Source: Candidatus Eiseniibacteriota bacterium (GTDB lineage: Bacteria; Eisenbacteria; RBG-16-71-46). Taken from it: a stretch of 64,000 nucleotides of DNA. Below, in pieces: positions 19,599-28,207 of this stretch. The stretch covers positions 1,536,001 through 1,600,000 of the forward strand of contig OY970178.1 in NCBI GenBank assembly GCA_963707915.1, in the 5' to 3' direction. The notes under the pieces are model-generated. The model was not told where the DNA came from and searched no databases. It saw nothing but the letters and a program-made list of their open reading frames with translations. The translations under genes were made by a program, and so were the position numbers. The first letter of the stretch is position 1. Every line of letters starts with the position of its first letter.

Positions 19599-22178
19599 TC
19601 AACGCAAGACGACCAATTTCCTCACGCCCACGTCGCGCCCGGCGCGGACTTGCACGAGGTAGACGCCATCACGCACGGGGGCGCCTGAACCGTCCCGTCC
19701 ATCCCAGCGGATGTCGTGCTCGCCCGGGGTCGAGCGTTCGCCAGCCACCAACGATCGCACCTTGCGTCCGGCGAGGTCGAACAGGGCCACATCGACGGTG
19801 CAAGCCGAGGGCAGCAGGAAGCGGATCCCGCTCGTCCCACGCGAGGGATTCGGCCTCGGTGCTGCGAGCTGAAAGGTCCGCGGGAGGCCGGGCGCTGCCG
19901 TTCCGACACCGAGCAGGGTGCGCCCGCCCGTGTTCATCAGCACCGAGACCGAGGCGTAGTTCGCGGTCACGAGGTCGAGCTTGCCATCGCGATTGAGGTC
20001 CCCGACCGCGACGAAGTGGGGGCCAGGGCCGGTCGGGTACAGGCCCTGGGCGCTGAAGGTGCCGTCGCCCTCGCCGAGCAGCACGAAGACAAAGTCCCCC
20101 GCGCCGAAAGTCCATCTAGCGTTGGTCGCCACCAGGTCGGGTTTGCCATCGCCGTCCAGGTCGCCGATCGCCACGGAGCCCGGAATGATCATCCACGTGT
20201 CGTAGTCGGTCTTCATCCCGAAGGTTCCGTCGCCGTTGCCGAGCAGCACCGAGACCCTGGTGGAGCCGGAGTTCGCCGTAACCAGGTCGGGCTTGCCGTC
20301 ACCGTTCAGGTCCCCGATCGCCACCGAGCTGGGACCTGACCCGGTGGCGAAGTCGCTCTTCGGGCCGAAGTCGCCATCACCGCGGCCAAGCAGCACCGAG
20401 ACCGTGTTGGAGCCGAGATTCGCCGTCACCAGGTCAGGCATGCCGTCGCCGTTCAGGTCCCCGATTGCCGCGCAGTAGGGTTCGATCCCCGTGCCGAAGT
20501 CGCTCTTCATCCCGAAGGTTCCGTCGCCGTTGCCGGGCAGCACCGAGACCGTGTTGGAGCCGGAGTTCGCCGTCACCAGGTCGAGCTTGCTGTCGCCGTT
20601 CAGGTCCCCGGTCACCACGGAGTAGGGTTCGGTCCCCGTGCCGAAGTCGCTCTTCAGGCCGAAGTCGCCATCGCCGCGGCCGAGCAGCACCGAGACCGTG
20701 TTGGAGCCGACATTCGCCGTCACCAGGTCACGCTTGCCGTCGCCGTTCAGGTCCCCGGTCGCCACGGAGTAGGGTTCGGTCCCCGTGCCGAAGTCGCTCT
20801 TCATCCCGAAGGTTCCGTCGCCGCTGCCGAGCAGCACCGAGATCGTGTTGGAGCCGGAGTTCGCCGCCACCAAGTCGGGCTTGAGGTCACCGTTCAGGTC
20901 CGCGATCGCGACGGAGGCGGGGGAGCTCCCGATGCCGAGCGTCCTCGCGCCGAAGCTACCGTCGCCGTTGCCGAGCAGAACCGAGACCGTGCCCGGGTCG
21001 TCAGAGTAGCCTTCGTCCGCTGTTGCCAGGTCAAGCTTGCCGTCACCGTTCACGTCTCCGACCGCGAGGGACACAGGAACTCCCGCACCGCCGACGGCAG
21101 TGGGGAACGCAGTCACCACGCCGAAAGTGCCGTCGCCGTTGCCGAGCCAAACGTCGACCTCCGCGCGGTACCCCATCGGGATCACCATGTAGCGGGTGTT
21201 CGGCACCGCCAGATCGGGCTTCCCATCGCCGTTCAGGTCGCAGATCGCGACAGAGCCCGCACCCATCTGAGCCATCCCCCCGTCGAACGGGTAGCCGCTC
21301 GCTGCGTCGAAACTGCCATCGCCTTGGCCGAGGAGCACCGAGACGTTGCTGGAGATGCGGTTCCCCACCACCAGGTCGGGCGCTCCGTCGCCGTTCAGGT
21401 CTCCGATCGCCACCGAGAGGGGACCTGTCCCGGTCGCGAAGTCGGTCTTTGAGCCGAAGCCGCCATCGCCGCGGCCGAGCAGCACCGAGACCCCGTTGGA
21501 GCTCTGGTCCGTCACCGCCAGATCGGGCGCTCCGTCTCCGTTCAGGTCCCCGATCGCCACCGAACTGGGCCCTGATCCGGTGGCGAAGTCGGTCCTCGCT
21601 CCGAAGGCGCCCTCGCCGCTGCCGAGCAGCACCGAGACCGTATTGGAACCCTGGTTGGCCACCACCAGGTCGGGCATTCCGTCATCGTTCAGGTCCCCGA
21701 TCGCCACCGAGCGGGGATTCCCCCCGACGTCGGAGATCCAGCCTTCCCAATACGTCCCATCGCCGTTGCCGTCCAGCACCGAGACCGTGTTGGAGCCCTG
21801 GTTCGCCACCGCCAGTTCGGGAGTTCCGTCACCGTCCAGGTCCCCGATCGCCACCGACGATGGCGCAGTCTCGGTGTCAGAGTCCTGCTTCGTCCCGAAG
21901 CCACCATCGCCGTCACCAAGCAGCACCGAGACCGTGTTGGAGCCCCGGTTCGCCGCCACCAGATCGGCAATTCCGTCATGGTTCAGGTCGCCGATCGCCA
22001 CGGACGAGGGCCAGATCCCGACGCCGAAACCTCGAGGTGCGGAAAAGAGCGGATCGGCGGTGGTTCTGCGCGGAACCGCAGTGGAGGCAGCGAGCAGGAC
22101 GAACACGAGCCAGCCGTTGATCAGGGCGCGGCGTGGAAGCACTCCGCGCACCCGCTCTGGAACATCCTGATGGAACAT
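19599..22178 (-). CDS. FG-GAP/VCBS repeat exported protein with C-terminal FlgD-type Ig domain
   Basis: About 14 GDLNGDG.PDL repeats; C-terminal PNP...LFDLAGRKVRSL...WDGRD..G....GVY motif; start approximate. Confidence 0.88.
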   Translation of the reverse strand: MFHQDVPERVRGVLPRRALINGWLVFVLLAASTAVPRRTTADPLFSAPRGFGVGIWPSSVAIGDLNHDGIADLVAANRGSNTVSVLLGDGDGGFGTKQDSDTETAPSSVAIGDLDGDGTPELAVANQGSNTVSVLDGNGDGTYWEGWISDVGGNPRSVAIGDLNDDGMPDLVVANQGSNTVSVLLGSGEGAFGARTDFATGSGPSSVAIGDLNGDGAPDLAVTDQSSNGVSVLLGRGDGGFGSKTDFATGTGPLSVAIGDLNGDGAPDLVVGNRISSNVSVLLGQGDGSFDAASGYPFDGGMAQMGAGSVAICDLNGDGKPDLAVPNTRYMVIPMGYRAEVDVWLGNGDGTFGVVTAFPTAVGGAGVPVSLAVGDVNGDGKLDLATADEGYSDDPGTVSVLLGNGDGSFGARTLGIGSSPASVAIADLNGDLKPDLVAANSGSNTISVLLGSGDGTFGMKSDFGTGTEPYSVATGDLNGDGKRDLVTANVGSNTVSVLLGRGDGDFGLKSDFGTGTEPYSVVTGDLNGDSKLDLVTANSGSNTVSVLPGNGDGTFGMKSDFGTGIEPYCAAIGDLNGDGMPDLVTANLGSNTVSVLLGRGDGDFGPKSDFATGSGPSSVAIGDLNGDGKPDLVTANSGSTRVSVLLGNGDGTFGMKTDYDTWMIIPGSVAIGDLDGDGKPDLVATNARWTFGAGDFVFVLLGEGDGTFSAQGLYPTGPGPHFVAVGDLNRDGKLDLVTANYASVSVLMNTGGRTLLGVGTAAPGLPRTFQLAAPRPNPSRGTSGIRFLLPSACTVDVALFDLAGRKVRSLVAGERSTPGEHDIRWDGRDGSGAPVRDGVYLVQVRAGRDVGVRKLVVLR
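20210..20900 (-). repeat. Near-identical 147-nt coding tandem repeats (294-nt higher-order unit) inside the FG-GAP gene
   Basis: CAGCACCGAGACCGTGTTGGAGCCG-like segments recur every 147 nt; alternating GRGDGDFG / G(S/N)GDGTFGMK units. Confidence 0.8.
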
Positions 22179-22384
22179 GAGCGGCCTGCTCCTGCCGCAG
22201 GATGGGCAAGTCCCCCGGCGGGAGCGGCTGCCCCGAAGCGGGCGACTGCGACGACACCGATAACATGTAGAGGTGAGCGCCGGCCGACTCGGCCGAGCCC
22301 GTTCCTAGAGCGTAGCCCCGGACCGCCCGCCCACCTAGCAAAATGCCCATGGATGGCAAGCCCGGCGTCGGCTGGTGGACGCTC

Positions 22385-22535
22385 AGCGCCCCGCCCTCGA
22401 CGAGCTTCAAGGCCTGGGCGAGCTGCTCGACCGTGAACTTGCTCGTCTTCATCCTGGGTCCTCCTCCTTCCGGTTCAGGAGGCCCCGAGGTTAGCGCACG
22501 ATGAGAGTCCGGCTGCTCCAGGAAACCGGGTTCGG
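22385..22535 (-). mobile_element. IS3-family remnant: left end and first ~22 codons of orfA
   Basis: MKTSKFTVEQLAQALKLVEGGA at 22452 with GGAGGAGG SD; upstream GAACCCGGTTTCCTGGAG resembles an IS3-family terminal IR; no orfB. Confidence 0.6.
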
Positions 22536-22575
22536 ATCAGCCCCACCGTGGACAACGCGGAGAAGTCCTCGTGAT

Positions 22576-22636
22576 TCAACGTCCTGCTGCGCTTCCCGCC
22601 ACCGTCCCGCTCGACCACGCCCACTGGAAGTTGAAT
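22576..22636 (-). pseudogene. Displaced 3' end of the HI0933-family gene
   Basis: Minus strand reads FNFQWAWSSGTVAGSAAGR-stop, matching the C-terminus of the gene at 62881-64000. Confidence 0.88.
22615..22636 (+). repeat. att core, left copy (22-bp direct repeat)
   Basis: CCACGCCCACTGGAAGTTGAAT identical to 62950-62971. Confidence 0.95.
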
Positions 22637-22749
22637 GCTAGCCCCGGGGTGGACACAGAGGTCGAAAGCGGCGAGAAGCCCGCTGAATGTGTGCAAAGCG
22701 ACGAGGTCGAAGAGACCCGTTCGGACCCATAGAACCGGGGTCAAACTAG

Positions 22750-22773
22750 CAGTTCGAGCACAGAACCAGCACA
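22750..22773 (+). promoter_or_regulatory. Putative integrase arm-type sites, left arm
   Basis: CAGTTCGAGCACA + AACCAGCACA; the same two motifs occur at 62791-62811. Confidence 0.6.
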
Positions 22774-23010
22774 ACCAGGGTCGCCGCTACGCACGCAGGA
22801 GAGCCACTTGAAGGTGACCTCTGGCGCCGGGCTCTAGAGGATCCGGCCAGCCCGAGGACTCCCCCCGAGAGTGCGGTGAAGGCCTCGGTTGGACGTGCTG
22901 GAAAGCTCCACTTGGCCAGCCTGCCATCTTCAGGGATTCCGGTTGTTTGCTGCCGCGCTCTGCGATCGAAGCGCTAGACAACCAGTAACCCGCGTGTTCT
23001 TCTGACCGCC

Positions 23011-26000
23011 ATGAGTGAACTCCATGGACCCCGGCAGTTCAGATTCTCTGATCCGCGGCACGAGCGCATCCACCGCCGACTTGCACGGTTGATCGGACCG
23101 GGCGCCGCTGCGTTCTTCCGTGACGCCTGCAAGGTCGTGGAGGAGGCCCCGGCATTTCAGACCACGAGCCACATAGTTGGGCACCTGCTCCGGGAGACTG
23201 AGAGCTCCATCCGCTACGCCTTTCAGCCATTGATCAAGTCTGCGGGGCCGAGACCGAAGGATGCCGGCCATCGCTTTCAAATCGAGCAGACGCTCAGTGC
23301 ACTGAACATCCCGCTTACTGACCCGGTGGCCAAGGCGTGGTTGGCGATCGCCGGCAAGGAGAACGACAAGGGGCTTGCCGGGTTGGCGCATCGCAGAGAC
23401 CTCGGGCCGCCGCGTCCGTTCGATGGTGGCGCTCGGCAGGCGGTTGAGCAGATTGTGACGGTGCTCGATGCCGTCCTCGAGAAAGTCGAGGCGAGGTGGG
23501 AGGTGTTCCTTGCCACCTTTGACGCTCTTGCGAAGACAGAGCACCCGAACGCTAAGCACGCCGAAGAGCTGCGCCTTCGTCTGCCCAATAGCCTTCAAGC
23601 CAGGAGTCACTTCTTCGGACAGCTCGGGAACCCTGAGTGGCTGGACCCGCTCGGGCGAGAGGGCTTCTTCAAACAACCGCCGGAACCGGTCGTCGACGAT
23701 GAGGCGGATACGATCCTCTTTCCCCCCTGGCCCGAGTCACAGTTCTTGCTCAGGATGGCTCAGGCCGGTGTTCGTGCGGTACAGGAACAGGTCGTCGCGA
23801 TAGCTGGCGGTATCCCCGATGCAGATAATGTCCGCGTCTACGACGACTTGGCCTCGATCGCTCTCGCGGTTCCACCTGACCTCGCGAATCGCCTTGTGCC
23901 GCGCATTCAAGCGAAGCTACCGCTCCCGTATTCGTCGCAGTTTCCGCTGCACGTTGCTGACCTCGTTGTTCACTTGACGACAGCGGGGCTGGTCACCGAA
24001 GCCCTTGGCCTAGCGCGCACTCTCCTTGCGCTAGACTCCGATCCGCGGGCCGAGCGCTACGAAACGCCACCGGAGCACCAGATCGCTCCATTGCCCGGTC
24101 CCCAGCCCCGAATGCACCCGGCGTTCTATGACGATGTCTTGGAGAAGATGGTCCCGGCCCTCTTCAAGGCGAGCCCACACCAGACGACAGAGCTGCTGGC
24201 GGACCTTCTCGAGCAAGGGCTCCGTCTGGCGCAGCGGACGGCATCCCAGGCCGGCCCCGAGGCACAGTCGCAGGTATGGTGGCCGGACTTGACGCTCGCG
24301 CGCCCGAGTGTGGCCGACGACCCGCCGGCCATGCTGCTCGATGCTCTGCGCGGGTGCGTCATGGAGCTCGTGGCGAAGGATGCGGGGGCTGCTCTCGGAC
24401 TTGTCGCTGCCTTCGAGGCCAAGCCGTGGCATGTCTTCCGGCGTCTCTCTCTTCTGCTCCTTCGGCTCACTCCTGACCTTCCGGTCGGGGAGATTGAACG
24501 CCGCCTCCTGAGACTCGAGGACCACGAGATTCGAGAGTTCCACCGCGAGTACGTGGACCTGCTTCGCGAGTCGTACCCGAATCTCGGCGCCCCGGCCCAG
24601 CACACCATTCGCGAGTACCTGGCTCGGGAAAGGGACCAGGAGTCGTTGGTCGAGAACTTCCGATTCTGGTCTGGTCGTGACCCCTCTCCCCAGGACATCG
24701 CACAGCGCCAAGATGAATGGCGAGCAGCGCGTCTGGAACCCGTTGCGGAGTACCTGCCGGCCGAGATCAGGGACCAGTACGACGTGTGGGCGAGAACCCT
24801 TGAACCTCGGAGCGAGCCCACCCCTCCCGCCGCCGGCTGGGGATCACCGCGTTCGCCAAGGAAGTCGGAGGACCTTGCCGGCATGGAAGACGACGCGCTT
24901 GTGAACTACCTGGCGAACGTCGACTTGGGCGACGAACGCTTCGGACTCTCCCGGGAAGGGCTGGGCGAGTCCCTGACGCAGGCCGTCACGAGCGATCCGG
25001 ACCGATTTGTTCGCCTTGCCCCCCGGTTTCGCGACTTGGACCCAGCCTATCAACACGCACTATTCGCGGGACTCCACGACGTCTTGGCCAGGCAATCTGT
25101 CTTCAGCTGGCCTCCGATCCTAGACTTGGCAGTCGTAGTCACGTCCTCCACACCCGACCCAGCGAGTAGGCGAGGGGGCGGTCACTCCCCCGATGACCTG
25201 TGGGTCCGGCGAGCGATTCTGGATCTCGTCGCCCGAGGGTTGGAACCCGGACCTGGGGAGCTGCCTTTCGAACTCCGTCCGCGCATCTGGTCGGTCCTTG
25301 AGCCGCTCACGGCTGACCCCGATCCGACGCCGGACGAAGATGCCAAGCACACGAGCGCGGAAGAACGCGAGACGTTGTACCTGAACAGTCTCCGCGGCCG
25401 CGCGCTGGACGCTGTCTGGGGATACTCGGTCTGGATCTACAGGCATGATCACAAGGATGGCAGCAGGCCCATGACCTTCGGGCCCATCCCGGAGGTCCGC
25501 AGCATCCTCGGACGGCACCTCGACCCCGAGCACGAGCCGTCGCCGGCGATTCGTGTCTTCTATGGGCAGCACCTGCAGCAACTCCGCCGCCTCGACCCCG
25601 AGTGGCTGCACAACCAGGTGAAGCGGATCCTCCCTCGGGACCTCGAGTTGCTCTCCCAGAGCGCCTGGCAAGCGTACCTCTCCAGTGCCCAGGTTCAGCC
25701 ACCCGACTTCGAGATTCTCCGGCCCTGGTACGAGCAGGCCGTGGCGGAGGTCGGCTCCGACCTCTCAGGGGACACCCAGCGCTCCGCCGAACACCTGGGG
25801 CGCCACCTCGCAAGACTCCAGTGGCTGGGAGTGATCTCGCCGCGTGAGCCCGGCGGCTTGCTGGAGCGCTACTTCGCTCAGGCATCTCCAGCACTGCGCG
25901 GGGAGACGCTTGAGTTTGTCGCGCTCACGCTCAACAACACTAGCGACGCGCCTGCGCCCGTGCTCGAGCGCATGAGAATGCTCTGGGAGTGGCGGAGAGA

Positions 26001-26391
26001 AACCGCGGAAGGCACTGTTGAGCGGGAACAAGTCGCCGAGGAGATGGCTGCCTTTGGCCGGTGGTTTGCCTGCCCGCAGTTGGACCCCGAGTGGACACTT
26101 CGGGAGCTGAACGCGGCATTGCGGCTGAGTGGGCGCGTGGAACTCGCACCGACTGTCGTCAGCCGGCTGGCAATCCTCTCCGAGCGGTTCCCGAAAGCTG
26201 CCATCGAATGCTTGGATCTGATGGTGGGGGGCCGTGACCGCGACTTTGGCCCCGACTTCTGGCTACACGATGCCAGGCCAGTTCTTGAGAACGCTCGCCG
26301 CAGTCCCGACCCCGCGACTCAACAGGCGGCGATTGTGGTCATTAACCGCCTCTCCGCGCTCGGCTTCACGCAGTTTCGGGATCTCCTCTAG
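23011..26391 (+). CDS. 1126-aa helical protein, possible HEPN-like N-terminal nuclease domain; candidate defence protein
   Basis: Long open frame with protein-like composition; HIVGHLLRE and GLAHRR motifs; WLDPL...GFF..PP...WPES.FL.R segment recalled from large defence-island proteins. Confidence 0.7.
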   Translation: MSELHGPRQFRFSDPRHERIHRRLARLIGPGAAAFFRDACKVVEEAPAFQTTSHIVGHLLRETESSIRYAFQPLIKSAGPRPKDAGHRFQIEQTLSALNIPLTDPVAKAWLAIAGKENDKGLAGLAHRRDLGPPRPFDGGARQAVEQIVTVLDAVLEKVEARWEVFLATFDALAKTEHPNAKHAEELRLRLPNSLQARSHFFGQLGNPEWLDPLGREGFFKQPPEPVVDDEADTILFPPWPESQFLLRMAQAGVRAVQEQVVAIAGGIPDADNVRVYDDLASIALAVPPDLANRLVPRIQAKLPLPYSSQFPLHVADLVVHLTTAGLVTEALGLARTLLALDSDPRAERYETPPEHQIAPLPGPQPRMHPAFYDDVLEKMVPALFKASPHQTTELLADLLEQGLRLAQRTASQAGPEAQSQVWWPDLTLARPSVADDPPAMLLDALRGCVMELVAKDAGAALGLVAAFEAKPWHVFRRLSLLLLRLTPDLPVGEIERRLLRLEDHEIREFHREYVDLLRESYPNLGAPAQHTIREYLARERDQESLVENFRFWSGRDPSPQDIAQRQDEWRAARLEPVAEYLPAEIRDQYDVWARTLEPRSEPTPPAAGWGSPRSPRKSEDLAGMEDDALVNYLANVDLGDERFGLSREGLGESLTQAVTSDPDRFVRLAPRFRDLDPAYQHALFAGLHDVLARQSVFSWPPILDLAVVVTSSTPDPASRRGGGHSPDDLWVRRAILDLVARGLEPGPGELPFELRPRIWSVLEPLTADPDPTPDEDAKHTSAEERETLYLNSLRGRALDAVWGYSVWIYRHDHKDGSRPMTFGPIPEVRSILGRHLDPEHEPSPAIRVFYGQHLQQLRRLDPEWLHNQVKRILPRDLELLSQSAWQAYLSSAQVQPPDFEILRPWYEQAVAEVGSDLSGDTQRSAEHLGRHLARLQWLGVISPREPGGLLERYFAQASPALRGETLEFVALTLNNTSDAPAPVLERMRMLWEWRRETAEGTVEREQVAEEMAAFGRWFACPQLDPEWTLRELNAALRLSGRVELAPTVVSRLAILSERFPKAAIECLDLMVGGRDRDFGPDFWLHDARPVLENARRSPDPATQQAAIVVINRLSALGFTQFRDLL

Positions 26392-26488
26392 CCTTCGTCG
26401 GCGGGGTCTTCGGGAGTGGCGGCACGCCCCGCAAGAATGCCAAGGAGGCAGTTCAAGATGGCCGAGCTCAGCAAGCCACAGCTTCAAT

Positions 26489-26596
26489 TGCGAGTTTCGG
26501 ACCATCGTGAATACCCAGATCGGAGCATCGTGAACACCTGGACCGGCATGGTGAACAGCCAGATCGGGATCGTGAACACCTAGATCGGTGATCGTG
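26489..26596 (+). mobile_element. Orphan IS21-family-like terminus with tandem 21-23-nt repeats
   Basis: Begins TGCGAGTTTCGGACC then four ATCGTGAACACC.AGATCGG-like units (26504, 26527, 26548, 26569) and a partial fifth; no istA/istB. Confidence 0.6.
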
Positions 26597-26812
26597 TACA
26601 GGCCATCTTGCCCCGGAGGGGGCAGGAGTCTGGTGCCTCAGCTCCGACCAGACGCTCGGCACCCGCGCAGCCAGTAAGCTCCGCGGCTGGGCCCACGCAC
26701 GCCGAATCCGTGCACTCCTTCAACCACCACCCGCTCCCCGAACGAGAGCACCTGAGCCCTCGGCGGATGTTGAACCCGGTCTTGCCTTCTTCAATCCCCC
26801 AAGAGCGACCTA

Positions 26813-27946
26813 CTAACGGGTAGCAAGCGCGGCATGCGCCTCCGCAACGCATTGCCGGAGACGGCAGAACGCCAGCAGGAAGTGCCTCCTGGGTTCGACG
26901 ACCGCCATGAGCCCTGCATGTGCGGAAGCAATCGCGAGGGGCAGTCGCCAACTCATGGTCGCATCATCCAGATTGTGTCCGAGACGTTGGATCTCTCTAT
27001 CGAGCGCGTCGGCGCACATCTGCCTACGGCGTTCAATGATACCTGAGCGCCTGCCAGTCCCCGTGCGGATCGCCCACGTCATCCGCCCGTCTGCCACCGT
27101 GACATCGAATGCCCTGCGCCCACGGCGCCCACCCTTGCTTCGCCGCGCCTCGTGGTTGATATAACCCAACACATCCAGCCAGTGGTACAACTTGCCCACG
27201 TCAAACAGATAGTCCGTTTCACCGGCCGCCGGGTTCGGGTCGATCAGCCGCAGTCGATGTCGTCGCACCTGTTCGCGAACGAGGATGTTGCCAAGGTGCA
27301 GGTCGCCATGCGCCCGTCGTACCGGCACGCACACGCGCCGCGAAGCGGCCGCCAGCACCCGCAGCGACGTCTGAAGCGGAGGTACGCCCCCCCCGCCGAT
27401 GGTCACAGGTCCCATGACCACCGCTGCACCATGTCTCTTGCGTGCGGCTGCCAGGCGCGTCCGAATCCGATGCACGTATGGAAGCTCGATAGTGCGCCTT
27501 CGGAGTCCCACACTGAGATGCTGAGTAATCTGCTGCATGGCGCTCGTGACGATGGGAGCGACGGCGGACGTCGGGCGCGGGTCCTCATAGACCAGGGTGT
27601 AGAGGGAGCGATAGCCCTCAAGACGCTCGATCAGCATCCCATGCCGGCCGTCACCCAAGGGGAACGTCCCGAGCACGGCTGGCGTCAGTCGCGGCTGCGT
27701 CGTACGAAACAGCTCCTCCATGAGCGCAGCCTGTTCCACGATTTCCTCGCCGCCGAGCTTCAGGACGACATGCAGTTCGATTCCAAGGTCAGCAACCAGC
27801 GGACTCATGAATCCATCCGAGTATGGGATCCCATCCCCGAGGCGTACGTTAGGCCCAAGGTCTGTGCGCTTCACTCCGTTGGCGACAAGCGCGATCAACT
27901 CCCGACGGACCTTCCCGAAGTCGTCCTTGCTCAGGAGCTTGCTCAT
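26813..27946 (-). CDS. Aminoglycoside/choline-kinase-like phosphotransferase
   Basis: HGDLHLGNIL catalytic loop, LIDP, DYLFDVGKL; ATG at 27946 after GAGGG. Confidence 0.8.
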   Translation of the reverse strand: MSKLLSKDDFGKVRRELIALVANGVKRTDLGPNVRLGDGIPYSDGFMSPLVADLGIELHVVLKLGGEEIVEQAALMEELFRTTQPRLTPAVLGTFPLGDGRHGMLIERLEGYRSLYTLVYEDPRPTSAVAPIVTSAMQQITQHLSVGLRRRTIELPYVHRIRTRLAAARKRHGAAVVMGPVTIGGGGVPPLQTSLRVLAAASRRVCVPVRRAHGDLHLGNILVREQVRRHRLRLIDPNPAAGETDYLFDVGKLYHWLDVLGYINHEARRSKGGRRGRRAFDVTVADGRMTWAIRTGTGRRSGIIERRRQMCADALDREIQRLGHNLDDATMSWRLPLAIASAHAGLMAVVEPRRHFLLAFCRLRQCVAEAHAALATR

Positions 27947-28207
27947 GACACCCTCACAGGGTCTGCGCGACGACGAGTGATTCGCGACACTCTCTCGTGT
28001 CCCTGCCAGCCCCGCCCGTTCATGGCTCGGGCCAGCATGCAGACACGAGCAGCTCCCGTCCCGGAGCATGCGGCTGATGCAACCCGGCTCGCGTGTTTGC
28101 CACGATCCCGCCCGTCCCCGCGAGTAGGCCACGGTACTCCTGGCAGAGTGACATCACGTTGCTGCGCCCCCCACACGCGCCGCACGGAGACAGCGGCATC
28201 GGGTCCC

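Noticed and set aside
19900..22020. CRISPR or non-coding repeat array
   Set aside because: Period is a multiple of 3 (147 nt) and fully explained by FG-GAP coding repeats
22560..22800. tRNA/tmRNA at the integration site
   Set aside because: No cloverleaf or T-loop/CCA context; the repeat encodes FNFQWAW of a protein gene
26489..26596. Mini CRISPR array
   Set aside because: Units are adjacent with no unique spacers, and there are no cas genes; better explained as an IS21-type end
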